A DNA stretch of 64,000 bases from Candidatus Zixiibacteriota bacterium (GTDB lineage Bacteria > Zixibacteria > MSB-5A5 > GN15 > FEB-12). The translations under genes and the position numbers were made by a program. Of the stretch, positions 28,006-38,310 are shown in pieces. The stretch covers positions 37,842 to 101,841 of the forward strand of contig JAJRSF010000006.1 in NCBI GenBank assembly GCA_024278935.1, in the 5' to 3' direction. Position 1 is the stretch's first letter. Each line of letters opens with the position of its first letter. A model generated the notes under the pieces. It saw nothing but the letters and a program-made list of their open reading frames with translations. It was not told the DNA's origin and did no database searches.

Positions 28006-30867
28006 ATGGCAAAAATAAATCATAAGTATAAGAAAAACAAAGAGTTCCTGCATGTCAAAGGTGCCAGAGAGCATAATCTAAAAAATATCGATGTCAAAAT
28101 CCCGCGTGATTCTCTGACTGTAATTACCGGTCTTTCGGGGTCGGGGAAATCTTCGCTCGCTTTTGACACTATTTATGCCGAGGGGCAAAGACGATATGTT
28201 GAGTCGCTTTCTGCCTATGCTCGCCAGTTTTTAGGTTTGATGGAAAAGCCGGATATTGATTTTATCGAAGGATTATCCCCGGCGATTTCTATCGAGCAAA
28301 AAGGTACCGCAAAAAATCCTCGTTCGACTGTTGGAACGGTGACTGAAATTTATGATTATTTCAGGCTTCTGTTTGCCCGTATTGGTGTACCTCATTGTGT
28401 AAAATGTCGCCAACCGATAACCCAGCAAACTGTTGAGCAGATTGTCGATTCGGTGCTGACTTTTGAAGAAGGCACCCGTATGATTGTGCTGGCTCCGCTT
28501 GTCCGTGGTAAAAAAGGGGAGCATAAAGATATTATCGACGAAGCCAAGCGAGAAGGATTTGTCAGGTTGCGAGTTGATGGCGAGATTGTCGAAACTGATT
28601 CTGATATTGAACTGGATAAAAAGAAGAAACATACTATCGAAGCTGTTGTTGACCGTTTGATCGTAAAAGCAAAATCAAAACGTCGTCTTGCTGATTCAGT
28701 TGAAACTGCTTTAAAAATTGCTCTCGGAACTGTCCTAATAAATATAAAAAATAAAGACCTCCTTTTTTCCGAACAGTTTGCCTGTCTGAATTGTAATATT
28801 TCGTATGAAGAACCATCGCCTCGTCTCTTTTCGTTTAACTCACCTTTTGGTGCCTGTCAGACCTGTGATGGTTTAGGTCATAAAATGAAAGTTGACCCTG
28901 ATTTTGTTGTACCGAATAATTCATTGTCGATAAGCGAGGGTGCAATCAAGCCTTGGGGCGGACCTGAAATGGCAAATTGGTACCGTGCCATGCTCAAAGG
29001 TGTCGCCGATCATTACGGTTTTAAATTCTCGACCAAGTTTAATAAGCTCTCAAAAAAAGTTCAGTATATTATTCTGCATGGTTCCGGTAAAGAAAAAATG
29101 AAGTTTGAATATGTCCCATCTTCAGGCAACACCAGAACCGCCGGGATTTATGAATCAACTTTCGAGGGCGTCATTCCGCATTTAGAACGTCGATACAAAC
29201 AGACCCAGTCGACAGGTGTGCGAAATTGGATAGAGTCTTACATGTCCAAGAACTCTTGTCCGGCTTGTGAAGGTGCTCGACTTCGTCCCGAAGCACTCTC
29301 TGTCATTCTCGACCGCGAAACTATCGACACTATCACGGCGATGTCTATCAAACAGGCGATACTCTATTTCAAAAATATAAAATTAACAAAACGTCAGAAC
29401 ACAATAGCCAAACAAATTTTAAAAGAAGTCAAAGAACGCCTAGGTTTTCTTTCCGATGTTGGGCTTGATTATTTAACGCTCAGCAGGACAGCATCGACTT
29501 TGTCGGGCGGTGAAGCACAGCGGATTCGACTGGCTACGCAGATAGGTTCTCGCTTGGTTGGCGTGCTATATATTTTGGATGAACCATCTATCGGTTTGCA
29601 CCAACGCGATAATGACAAGCTGTTGAAAATGCTTTTAGAACTTCGTGACATTGGCAATACCGTTTTGGTTGTAGAGCATGACCGTGAGACAATTGAGAAC
29701 GCTGATTTTGTAATCGACTTAGGTCCTGGTGCGGGAGTGCATGGTGGCGAGATCGTTGGCATCGGAACCCCAAAAGATATTTTGAAAGCGAAAAAATCTA
29801 TCACCGGGCAATACTTATCTGGTAAACGAAAAATCGAATACCCAAAAGAACGTCGTGAATCAAACGGCAACGCTATCAAATTATTTGGAGCAACAGGTAA
29901 TAATTTAAAAAATGTCGACATTGAAATTCCACTAGGTTGTTTTGTCTGCGTGACCGGGGTTTCCGGTTCGGGGAAATCATCGGTTATTAATGAAACCCTC
30001 TACCGTATTATGGCTCGTCATTTTTATTCATCACGTAAATCTCCACTTCCATATAAAAAGATCAAAGGTCTCGAGCATATTGATAAAGTCATTGATATAG
30101 ACCAATCACCTATCGGACGAACACCTCGCTCAAACCCTGTCACTTATACCGGACTGTTCACTCATATTCGTGATCTCTTTTCATCACTCACCGAAGCAAA
30201 AGCACGTGGCTATCTTCCGGGACGGTTCTCTTTTAATGTAAAAGGCGGACGATGCGAAGCATGCGAAGGCGACGGTATTATAAAAATTGAAATGCATTTT
30301 TTACCCGACGTTTATGTCCCTTGTGAAATTTGTAAAGGAAAACGTTATAACCGTGAGACGCTCGAAGTTACTTTCAAAGGGAAATCTATTGCCGATGTTT
30401 TAGATATGACTGTTGAAGAGGCTATGCACTTTTTTGAAAATATCCCACGTATCAAAAAGAAACTGCTAACACTTTTCAATGTCGGGCTTGGCTATATACA
30501 TCTTGGTCAGCAAGCGACAACTCTTTCGGGTGGTGAAGCACAACGGATAAAACTTGCTACCGAACTTTCTAAAATGGCAACCGGACGCACAATGTATATT
30601 CTCGATGAGCCGACTACTGGTTTGCACTTTGAAGATATACGGATGCTTCTTTCGGTGCTCAACGAACTGGTTGAACGCGGTAATACTATTTTAGTTATCG
30701 AACATAACCTTGATGTTATCAAAACTGCTGACTGGGTAATTGATATTGGTCCCGAGGGTGGCGACGACGGCGGTCGCATACTTGCTGCGGGGACTCCTGA
30801 AGAAGTTGCCAAAATGAAAGCATCGTACACCGGTTATTATCTCAAACGTGAACTGAGTAAGAAGTAG
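28006..30867 (+). CDS. uvrA: Excinuclease ABC subunit A
   Basis: 953 aa with two ABC modules ([12 protein letters not shown] and [12 protein letters not shown]; LSGGEAQR twice) and zinc-finger CxxC pairs. Fully collinear with UvrA. Confidence 0.98.
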   Translation: MAKINHKYKKNKEFLHVKGAREHNLKNIDVKIPRDSLTVITGLSGSGKSSLAFDTIYAEGQRRYVESLSAYARQFLGLMEKPDIDFIEGLSPAISIEQKGTAKNPRSTVGTVTEIYDYFRLLFARIGVPHCVKCRQPITQQTVEQIVDSVLTFEEGTRMIVLAPLVRGKKGEHKDIIDEAKREGFVRLRVDGEIVETDSDIELDKKKKHTIEAVVDRLIVKAKSKRRLADSVETALKIALGTVLINIKNKDLLFSEQFACLNCNISYEEPSPRLFSFNSPFGACQTCDGLGHKMKVDPDFVVPNNSLSISEGAIKPWGGPEMANWYRAMLKGVADHYGFKFSTKFNKLSKKVQYIILHGSGKEKMKFEYVPSSGNTRTAGIYESTFEGVIPHLERRYKQTQSTGVRNWIESYMSKNSCPACEGARLRPEALSVILDRETIDTITAMSIKQAILYFKNIKLTKRQNTIAKQILKEVKERLGFLSDVGLDYLTLSRTASTLSGGEAQRIRLATQIGSRLVGVLYILDEPSIGLHQRDNDKLLKMLLELRDIGNTVLVVEHDRETIENADFVIDLGPGAGVHGGEIVGIGTPKDILKAKKSITGQYLSGKRKIEYPKERRESNGNAIKLFGATGNNLKNVDIEIPLGCFVCVTGVSGSGKSSVINETLYRIMARHFYSSRKSPLPYKKIKGLEHIDKVIDIDQSPIGRTPRSNPVTYTGLFTHIRDLFSSLTEAKARGYLPGRFSFNVKGGRCEACEGDGIIKIEMHFLPDVYVPCEICKGKRYNRETLEVTFKGKSIADVLDMTVEEAMHFFENIPRIKKKLLTLFNVGLGYIHLGQQATTLSGGEAQRIKLATELSKMATGRTMYILDEPTTGLHFEDIRMLLSVLNELVERGNTILVIEHNLDVIKTADWVIDIGPEGGDDGGRILAAGTPEEVAKMKASYTGYYLKRELSKK

Positions 30868-30952
30868 GACTATATGTTAGATATACTTTTACAATCTTTG
30901 TCTTCTCGCTACAACTCTGCTTTTTCAGTATTAATAAGATGGGCATCTGCCC

Positions 30953-31795
30953 GTGCCTGAACTTCCTGAAGTAGAAACCGTAGTTCGAGGACTTCGCAAA
31001 ACAGTTCTTGATAAAACTATTGCAAAAGTTATAGTCGATGCTCCCGTGAAGTCTATTGTCGTATCGGAATCTTTTAAGAGTAAATCATTTGAAGCTATCT
31101 TAAAGAACAAAACTATTAAGCAAATTAATAGGCGTGGCAAAAATATTCTTATCGAATTGTCAGGTGATTTAACTTTGTGGGTACATCTTAAAATGACCGG
31201 TCATTTTTATTATAAAGATGTTTCTACAGAAAAAGAAAAACATGACCTTATAACATTTCAGTTCAAAAAACCTGATAGCAATTTTAAACTTATTTTCAAT
31301 GATTACAGGCGGTTTGGGAGAAATAGATTATATTATTCAAATGAAGTGATGGAACAAAAGGGGCTGAAAGAACTAGGTCCTGAACCACTTGAAATTTCAT
31401 CTGATGATTTTGTTACAATAGTACAGTCAAAAAACAGAATGATAAAACCGGCTCTGCTTGACCAATCATTAATAGCGGGTATCGGAAATATTTACGCCGA
31501 TGAAGCGTTGTACGCATCGAGGATTCATCCCAAGCGTCTGTTTTCATCGCTGTCAAAAAAGAAACTTGTCGAACTACACGAACATATCCAACGGATTTTG
31601 TCAATGGCGATTGATAATATGGGTTCATCAGTGGATACATATACGGGGGTAAACGGAGAGACAGGAAAGTTTCAAAATTATCTAAAAGCATACGGCAACG
31701 AGGGAGGTGCGTGTGAGCGATGTAATAAAATTATTGTCAGGGAAAAAATAGGTTCGCGCTCGGCACACTACTGTCCAAAATGTCAAAAGATTTAA
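30953..31795 (+). CDS. mutM: Formamidopyrimidine-DNA glycosylase (Fpg/MutM)
   Basis: N-terminal M-PELPEVE catalytic Pro, an H2TH region and a C-terminal zinc finger CERCNK..YCPKCQ. GTG start. Confidence 0.93.
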   Translation: MPELPEVETVVRGLRKTVLDKTIAKVIVDAPVKSIVVSESFKSKSFEAILKNKTIKQINRRGKNILIELSGDLTLWVHLKMTGHFYYKDVSTEKEKHDLITFQFKKPDSNFKLIFNDYRRFGRNRLYYSNEVMEQKGLKELGPEPLEISSDDFVTIVQSKNRMIKPALLDQSLIAGIGNIYADEALYASRIHPKRLFSSLSKKKLVELHEHIQRILSMAIDNMGSSVDTYTGVNGETGKFQNYLKAYGNEGGACERCNKIIVREKIGSRSAHYCPKCQKI

Positions 31796-31798
31796 CAG

Positions 31799-32314
31799 CT
31801 ACAGAATCTTAGATTTCATTCGCATCAAAGCAAGTTCGTTGTCATCATGTTCCGCTACAAAATAAATCATATCAATCAACCGCATCGGTTTGTTTAGTCG
31901 AGGATGTTGTGCGGTGAAGCCAATTTCTTTTTCAGTCAAGTTTTCGATCTTATTAACAAACTTTGTACGGACAACGGTAAAATTCTGTATAAGCTCTTGC
32001 ATTTCTATTTTGTTGTGATTGGCATTTTTTGTTTTTGGGTTTGACATATCAGCGGCAACTAGTTCTTTTTCGCCTAGCAAAAATTGTTCGAGACGTTTAT
32101 TCCAAAGTGTTTCAACATCAGCAAGATGCCCAACATGTTCTTTGATAGACCACTTACCCTCAGGCTTGTTAGTTAAAATATTTTCGTTAAGCGGTGCAAC
32201 AATTTTTAACATTCTGAGTGGCGTAAAACGAATTCGTTCAAGTAAGCAGGGAAAAATCCCTAGAGGGAAGTCAAAATCGAATCTACGTTCTATCCATGGT
32301 GTAATTTTTACCAT
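31799..32314 (-). CDS. DinB-family protein
   Basis: 171 aa with a DinB_2-like pattern (..IKEHVGHLADVE.., ..FVAEHDDNELA..). Confidence 0.65.
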   Translation of the reverse strand: MVKITPWIERRFDFDFPLGIFPCLLERIRFTPLRMLKIVAPLNENILTNKPEGKWSIKEHVGHLADVETLWNKRLEQFLLGEKELVAADMSNPKTKNANHNKIEMQELIQNFTVVRTKFVNKIENLTEKEIGFTAQHPRLNKPMRLIDMIYFVAEHDDNELALMRMKSKIL

Positions 32315-32331
32315 AAAATACTTTCTATAAA

Positions 32332-33375
32332 TTATTCTATTCGTAAACCGATTTGTTTATTGAAAATATGTATTGATGATTCATTGATTGAAAAAGTTAC
32401 TATTTCATCTATCTCTTTAGCATACTGACAGCCTGAGATTTTTAACTCGATTCCATTATAGTTTATGGTGGTAATATATTGTTCACCAAAATATTCCGAT
32501 GACGTCACTTTTGCTTGGTACTGGCCATCATGATGCAAAGAAATATCTTCAGGACGGATACCAATTGGCAAATCTATATTTTCATCTATTTGCAAAGACT
32601 CAAGACGAAACCCAAAAGGCATAATAAGTTTATTTTCAATAGTCACGTCGACAATATTTATTTTTGGGAAACCAATAAACTGTGCTGTAAAAACAGAGTT
32701 TGGTTTTTTATACAATTCTTCAGGGGTGCCAACTTGTACAATCTCGCCATTGTTTAAAAGTAAAATACGATCCGCCATTGAAAGTGCTTCGGCTTGGTCA
32801 TGGGTCACATGAATCATCGTCGTTTGCAACTCTTGTTGTATGCGAACAATCTCGCGACGCATTTTCAGTCGCAAATCCGCATCGAGGTTCGACAACGGTT
32901 CATCAAGAAGAAAAATATCAGGCTTGCGAATAATCGCCCGCCCAAGTGCTACTCGTTGTCTTTGTCCACCGGAGAGTTGAGATGGTTTTTGTTTTAACTT
33001 TTCAGTAAGCCCAAGCATAGATGCGATGGCATCTACTTTTTCATTGATAACAGATTTTTTTTCTTTTGCGATTTTTAATGGGAATCCAAGATTTTTTTCA
33101 ACTGTCATATGCGGATAAAGAGAATAGTTTTGAAAGACCATCGCAACGTTTCGTGCTTTTGGTTCTAATTGGTCTATGCGATTATCGTGCAGATATATTT
33201 CACCCGACGACAAATCTTCAAGCCCCGCAATCAACCGAAGCAAAGTAGACTTGCCACAACCGGAGGGACCCAGGATTACCAACAGTTCGTTCTCTAGAAG
33301 TTCAAGCGTTATAGAATTTAGAACTTCAAGTTTGCCAAACGATTTTGAAACTTTATTTAAGTAAAGTGAATTCAT
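32332..33375 (-). CDS. ABC transporter ATP-binding protein (MalK/UgpC-like with C-terminal TOBE-like domain)
   Basis: Walker A GPSGCGKST, signature LSGGQRQR and Walker B IFLLDEPLS. No permease or binding-protein gene is adjacent. Confidence 0.9.
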   Translation of the reverse strand: MNSLYLNKVSKSFGKLEVLNSITLELLENELLVILGPSGCGKSTLLRLIAGLEDLSSGEIYLHDNRIDQLEPKARNVAMVFQNYSLYPHMTVEKNLGFPLKIAKEKKSVINEKVDAIASMLGLTEKLKQKPSQLSGGQRQRVALGRAIIRKPDIFLLDEPLSNLDADLRLKMRREIVRIQQELQTTMIHVTHDQAEALSMADRILLLNNGEIVQVGTPEELYKKPNSVFTAQFIGFPKINIVDVTIENKLIMPFGFRLESLQIDENIDLPIGIRPEDISLHHDGQYQAKVTSSEYFGEQYITTINYNGIELKISGCQYAKEIDEIVTFSINESSIHIFNKQIGLRIE

Positions 33376-34464
33376 TTATACCTTGTCAATTATTTTTCCG
33401 TCATCAATAAGAAACGATTTCCCTTGCGACTTCAAAAACTGAGGTGGTTCTACAGCTGTAGTTAAAAACAATTGATCAAAATTAGCAAATAATTTTATTA
33501 ACTCTTCTGAACGACTGTTGTCAAGCTCAGCAAATATTTCGTCTAATAATAGAAGCGGAGTGATATTACGTTCTTCTTTTATCAGTTTATATACCGCAAG
33601 TTTTAATGATAATGCTGCTGTACGAATTTCGCCTTGCGAACCATAGCTACGAGCAGGAAGTGAGTCAATGAAAAAAGAAATGTCATCAAGATGTGGTCCG
33701 ACCAAAGAACGCTCCATGATAGATTCTTTCATGCGATAACTCTCAAGTGTTTCTCTGAATGCCGATTGAATTTCTTCTATGCCTTCTAGTTCTTCACAAT
33801 TTTTAACTGATGGTTTATATTGTAAATCAAATTGAGAACCAGAAGCGATGTTGCTGTAATTTTCATGAGTCTCTTCTTTGATAGCATCTAAAAATTGTTT
33901 GCGTAATAAAATAATTTCTGAACCATTTATGATAAGCAGTTCGTTATAAGCAGAAATATCAACTTTGTTTTTAAGTCCTGCGTTTTTTTGCTGTAGTACT
34001 TTATGATAGTCTGTTAAGAGTCGTAGATATTTTTTTGAATATTGTGAAAGATAGATATCTATAAAGTTTCGTCGTGTTGATGGCGACCCTGCTAGAATTT
34101 CAGAATCTTCAGGACCTGCCGCAACCGCACAAAAGTTTTCATATAGTTCTGATGTTTTAATAGCAACCTGGTCGAGAGTTATTTTTTTTCGTGAATTTTT
34201 TTGATAAGCAACTGCAAGTTCAATAGAGTTTTCATCTTCTGAAAGTAAACCTTCTATACGATAAAAATCTGTTTCTTTTTTTACCAGAACTGTTTCCGAT
34301 GCCGCCCTATGCGACCGACCTAAACATAAGACAAAAATTGCTTCAAGCAGATTCGTTTTCCCTGAACCGTTTTTACCATAAAAAATATTTACTGTTGGAG
34401 AAAACTGTGCTTGTAGGTTTTCAAAGTTTCTGAAGTTTGTTAAGGATAGTGAATTGATTATCAT
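33376..34464 (-). CDS. recF: DNA replication and repair protein RecF
   Basis: 362 aa with Walker A GKNGSGKTNLLEA, signature-like SQGE and LLLDEIFAELD. The dnaA-dnaN-recF order is conserved. Confidence 0.93.
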   Translation of the reverse strand: MIINSLSLTNFRNFENLQAQFSPTVNIFYGKNGSGKTNLLEAIFVLCLGRSHRAASETVLVKKETDFYRIEGLLSEDENSIELAVAYQKNSRKKITLDQVAIKTSELYENFCAVAAGPEDSEILAGSPSTRRNFIDIYLSQYSKKYLRLLTDYHKVLQQKNAGLKNKVDISAYNELLIINGSEIILLRKQFLDAIKEETHENYSNIASGSQFDLQYKPSVKNCEELEGIEEIQSAFRETLESYRMKESIMERSLVGPHLDDISFFIDSLPARSYGSQGEIRTAALSLKLAVYKLIKEERNITPLLLLDEIFAELDNSRSEELIKLFANFDQLFLTTAVEPPQFLKSQGKSFLIDDGKIIDKV

Positions 34465-34484
34465 TATATTTTCTTCACAAAAAA

Positions 34485-34510
34485 ACGGCAGACAGATTTC
34501 TGTCTACCGT
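34485..34510 (-). terminator. Intrinsic terminator after dnaN
   Basis: ACGGCAGACA (34485-34494) and TGTCTACCGT (34501-34510) form the stem. On the - strand it is followed by TTTTTTT. Confidence 0.65.
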
Positions 34511-34529
34511 CTTTTCTATATACATTATT

Positions 34530-35641
34530 TTAGTCAGCTAAACGAAGTGGCATAATAAGACAGAGGGAATCTTCTCTGGCAACTGACGGAGTATAAATAA
34601 TTCCGGCAGCCACAGAAGATGAAAGTTCAAAGATAACTTCTTCTGCGTCCATCTTATTTAAAATATCATTTACATAAATTGCGTTGTATCCAAGTTCTAA
34701 CGCTTCGCCGTTGTAGTCACACTCAAGCGATTCTTTTCCTTCACCACCTACATCAGCGTTCGTTGTAGAAAGCGTAAGAGTACCATTCTTAAGACTAAAC
34801 TTCACTTGGTGTGTGAGAGAGTTAGATAAAATAGAAACACGCTTGACAGCTCTTGAAAGATCGTTTTTAGACACAGTCATTTTCTTATCAGTTGCTGCCG
34901 GGATAACTTGTTCAAAGTTTGGATACGGTCCGTCGATCAAACGAGAAGTCAAAACGATATCGCCCATGTTGAAAATTATATTATTCTCGCCAAAAATAAT
35001 ACCAATCTCTTTTTCTGTTTCACCGATAAACTTCGGAATCAGATTCAAAACTTTTGGTGGAACGATTACGTCGTCGTAGAGACCTTTGAGTTTTTTATTA
35101 TCAACTGACATTTTCGCAAGACGGTGACCGTCGGTTGCAACCATCAGCATCTTCTCACCTTTGGTCTGCCAGAGTACACCGTTTAAGGCAGGACGGGTTT
35201 CATCGTCCGACCAAGCAAAAGTAGTTTTTAATACCATACGGGATAGATCAAGACCTGAAATCTTAATTTCTTTTTTCGTATTTACCGCAGGAAGTTTTGG
35301 AAACTCATCAGGAGATACTGATGCAATTTTATAGGAACCGTTTGGTATTTTAATTTCAACTCGTGAGTTGGTTGCTTCGAAAGAAATATCAGACTCCGGA
35401 AGTTCTTTTATAATATCAAAAAGAATACGAGCCGGAATTGATGTTGAACCTTTTTGACAACGGTACAATCAATCGATGCTGTGATAGAAATATCAAGATC
35501 AGTCGCAGAGATTTTTATTTTATTATCCAACGATTCAATTAAAATATTTGTCAGTATTGGTAAAGTTGATTTAGTAGGTACAACTTGCAAGACATGTTGC
35601 AGATAACTAAACAACCTTGATTTCGGTAAAGAGAATTTCAT
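34530..35641 (-). pseudogene. dnaN: DNA polymerase III beta sliding clamp, interrupted by a -1 frameshift at an A5 tract (T5 at 35451-35455 on +)
   Basis: Track ORFs 35408-35641 (MKFSLPKSRLFSYLQHV..ASIDCTVVKK) and 34530-35468 (..KGSTSIPARILFDIIKELP..MPLRLAD) are collinear with one DnaN. Reading GTC AAA AAA GGT instead of GTC AAA AAG G restores ..VVKKGSTSIPAR... This is probably an assembly error or slippage-tolerated, because dnaN is essential. Confidence 0.92.
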
Positions 35642-35664
35642 TTATTTACTCTCCTGAGAATTAA

Positions 35665-35919
35665 AAATCCACATATAATATTATTTTTCTTACTTATATA
35701 TATATAATATAATAATAATAACTACTGTGTAAATGTCAATAACTGCCGAAAAATTTTATTTCGGCTCACACTACTAAAAGTCAGGCAACAACTTAACAAC
35801 TGGTTTTGACCCCCAAAGTTGTACACATTACAATTCACACTTAAAAACATATTTCTTGGTTTATCCACAAATTCACAATTTTTCATTTTATCCATATACA
35901 ATTCACAACGTTACCCACA
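35665..35919. promoter_or_regulatory. dnaA-dnaN intergenic origin-type module: AT-rich unwinding candidate plus co-oriented DnaA boxes
   Basis: An almost pure A/T tract lies at about 35674-35722 (..TATAATATTATTTTTCTTACTTATATATATATAATATAATAATAATAA..). Boxes are TTATCCACA 35861-35869 (perfect), TTATCCATA 35888-35896 and TTACCCACA 35911-35919. AATTCACA occurs three times (35832, 35870, 35900). Confidence 0.7.
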
Positions 35920-35924
35920 GCTTA

Positions 35925-37292
35925 TCAATAGAGCAAAGAGGCTGAAATTTTATCAATTTTATCACGCAGCGATGGGTCACTTGACATCTTTTTCGAGATC
36001 AAATCGCAGGCATGAATGACAGTTGAGTGGTCTCTTCCGCCGAACTCATCGCCTATTGTTTTCAGCGAATGTTCGGTTAATGAGCGTGATAAATACATCG
36101 CAACCTGACGAGCCAAAGCGATATTTGATGTTTTCTTTTTCGCTTTCATCATTTCAAGGTCGATATGAAAATGGTCCGATGTCTGTTCCTGAACCATTTT
36201 AATAGTAACTTCTTTTTTCTTACTTGAGAATGTGTCGGCGAGAACTTTGCGTGCGAGTTCTAAATCAACAGATTCACCTTTCAAAGAAGAGTATGCCAGA
36301 AGGCGTATTAAGGCTCCCTCAAGCTCTCTCACATTGGTCGACACTTTATCGGCAATGAAGCGGATAACGTTGTCAGGAAGCGTGACACCCTCGGAGTTGA
36401 GCTTCTTCATAAGGATAGCCGAACGGTTTTCCATATCCGGTGCTTGCAGGTCTGTCACCAGTCCCGATGAGAACCGCGAGAGCAAACGTTCTTCTAACCC
36501 TTTAATATCTTTTGGCGAACGATCAGATGACAAAATAATCTGCTTGCCCAAATGATACAAAGTGTTAAAGGTGTGGAAAAATTGTTCCTGGGTTGATTCT
36601 TTCCCCGAGAAAAACTGGATATCGTCGATGATTAAGACATCAACATCGCGATACGCTTTAGTAAAATCGGCAACCGAATGATTAGAAATCGACGAAATAA
36701 AATCAGAGGTAAACTGTTCCGATGTCGCATACATAACTTTTTTATCTGGAAACTGCTCCAAGATTTTATGACCGATCGCTTGAATAATGTGTGTTTTCCC
36801 AAGACCGGTACCGCCATAAATATAAAGCGGATTGTACTTGGTCAAACCGGGTGCTTCGGCAACAGCATTGGCTGCGGCACAGGCAAACTGATTAAAGTCA
36901 CCAACAACAAGCGATTCAAAATTATACTTCTCATGTAAATTGTGTTGTTTTGCTGATGGCTTTTTGATTGTCAAAGATCTTTTTTCTTCCTGAGGAGGAG
37001 AATAAAAATCTATCGAACGCTGTTCGGTCTCTTCGACACTTTTTACGACATATATAATATCGTGTTTTTTACCGGAGACTTCAAAGAGCGCTTCGTCGAT
37101 AAGTTCTTGAAAATGGTCTCGTATCCAATCTGCGACAAATTGGTTAGGTACCGAGACATGAAAATCACCATTGCTACCCGGAGCGCCAATCGTTGGCTTC
37201 AACCAGGTGCGGAATGTTTGTTCTTTTATCCTATGAGAAAGATAATTGAGACAATCAGACCATTGTGTTGAGTTTGTTTGTAGTTCGTTCAA
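35925..37292 (-). CDS. dnaA: Chromosomal replication initiator protein DnaA
   Basis: 455 aa with AAA+ Walker A GGTGLGKTH, Walker B LIIDDIQF and the domain IV DNA-binding region (..GGRDHSTVIHA..). TTG start. Confidence 0.97.
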   Translation of the reverse strand: MNELQTNSTQWSDCLNYLSHRIKEQTFRTWLKPTIGAPGSNGDFHVSVPNQFVADWIRDHFQELIDEALFEVSGKKHDIIYVVKSVEETEQRSIDFYSPPQEEKRSLTIKKPSAKQHNLHEKYNFESLVVGDFNQFACAAANAVAEAPGLTKYNPLYIYGGTGLGKTHIIQAIGHKILEQFPDKKVMYATSEQFTSDFISSISNHSVADFTKAYRDVDVLIIDDIQFFSGKESTQEQFFHTFNTLYHLGKQIILSSDRSPKDIKGLEERLLSRFSSGLVTDLQAPDMENRSAILMKKLNSEGVTLPDNVIRFIADKVSTNVRELEGALIRLLAYSSLKGESVDLELARKVLADTFSSKKKEVTIKMVQEQTSDHFHIDLEMMKAKKKTSNIALARQVAMYLSRSLTEHSLKTIGDEFGGRDHSTVIHACDLISKKMSSDPSLRDKIDKISASLLY

Positions 37293-37378
37293 ATCAGGAT
37301 CCCCCCTGAGCGTTTGTTAACATTTATTTCCATATAATTCATATACTAATTTATTATCTCTATACAAGTTGTGATTTT

Positions 37379-38258
37379 TTGTTCACAATGACTACAAAAG
37401 TTATACACAACTTTGTCCACATATTTATGTTTGAGTATCGTTTGTAAAGCAAAGCAGAGCAACAGATTTCGGTTTGCAGGCTAAACTTATCCACATACTA
37501 TTAACATTGGTTAACAAGCAGTAAGCTTGTGACTATAGATACTTTATGAGTTATCCACCGTCAAGGAACTGTATGTTATTAATTATTAATATAATTGAAA
37601 GTGTTGTATGAAAGATAGTTATAGCGAAACTAAAAAATCGTTTCAGAGAGAAACAACGATGTGGGAAGTTACAATTAATAGTCACATTGTATAACCCCTA
37701 CTATTTTCATACAGTTAAGCGGATGTTCTTTTTGCGATCCGTACATGTCGAATGTGATAGACGAATAAAAAATTAATCAGTACCTTACACTTATACGTTT
37801 ATAAAATTAGTTGTAGGTCAGGAGGCCTGTCCTCCTGACTTTTTATATAGAATCTCAATAATATTTATTATAATAAAATTATGTCAAACTTAAGACGGGT
37901 GGCACACCCTTTAGGGTGTGGATCTCTTCAATGAGAATAACAACTTACCCAAAATGGTGCTCTACAATCCGCACTTTATCTACAAAGTCAAACTAATTTA
38001 AAAATTGTCACGATCTTATAATGAAAATATCAGATAAGAAAAATATGCGTACAAAAACATTAATAGCTTTTACTTTTGCAATCACCACAAAACTTGTAGC
38101 GATTGATCGTTTTTCACAAAACGAACCCATTTTCAAAACGTACATAAGAATTGATTAACTAAAAAAAATGTAAATTTGAAAAAACGAACCCAATATGCTA
38201 TAAGCTAATGAGAGTAATAAAATTACAAGGAAAAAATTGATTGAATGATTGTGGGTAA
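37379..38258. promoter_or_regulatory. DnaA-box cluster in the 1-kb ORF-free region upstream of dnaA (candidate oriC)
   Basis: Boxes are TTATACACA 37401-37409, TTGTCCACA 37413-37421, TTATCCACA 37487-37495 (perfect), TTATCCACC 37551-37559, TTATCTACA 37976-37984 and TGTGGGTAA 38250-38258. TAAAGCAAAGCA at 37445-37456 is the reverse complement of 9703-9714. CGAACCCA(T/A)T occurs at about 38122-38131 and 38184-38193. Confidence 0.75.
37811..37839 (+). repeat. TTGTAGGTCAGGAGG-cctgt-CCTCCTGAC hairpin repeat followed by TTTTT
   Basis: Perfect 9-bp stem with a T-run on the + strand. It is the inverted partner of 38277-38299. Confidence 0.75.
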
Positions 38259-38276
38259 CTATGAATGAAAATAGAT

Positions 38277-38299
38277 GTCAGGAGGACAGGCTTCCTGAC
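38277..38299 (-). terminator. Hairpin repeat acting as the probable terminator of the ileS-dksA-lspA operon
   Basis: GTCAGGAGG-acagg-CTTCCTGAC is the reverse complement of 37817-37839 with 1 mismatch. It lies 12 nt downstream of the lspA stop on the - strand. Confidence 0.6.
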
Positions 38300-38310
38300 A
38301 TACGAAACTT

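Noticed and set aside
30935-30952. The GGGCATCTGCCC palindrome directly upstream of the mutM GTG, as a regulatory hairpin or repeat-family member.
   Set aside because: The stem is only 5 bp with a 2-nt loop, too small to fold, and it overlaps the likely RBS region. This is probably coincidental similarity to the GGGCAG..CTGCCC repeat family.
32332-33375. The lone ABC ATPase next to recF as part of a novel ATPase-based defence or repair module.
   Set aside because: The sequence is a standard MalK/UgpC-type importer ATPase with a TOBE-like tail. Orphan copies that serve several permeases are common, and nothing in the sequence links it to recF functionally.
38021-38158. A 45-codon ORF (MKISDKKNMRTKTLIAFTFAITTKLVAIDRF..) in the dnaA-upstream region.
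   Set aside because: It has no RBS, lies among DnaA boxes and repeats, and shows no recognisable family. It is more likely a chance ORF in AT-rich sequence.
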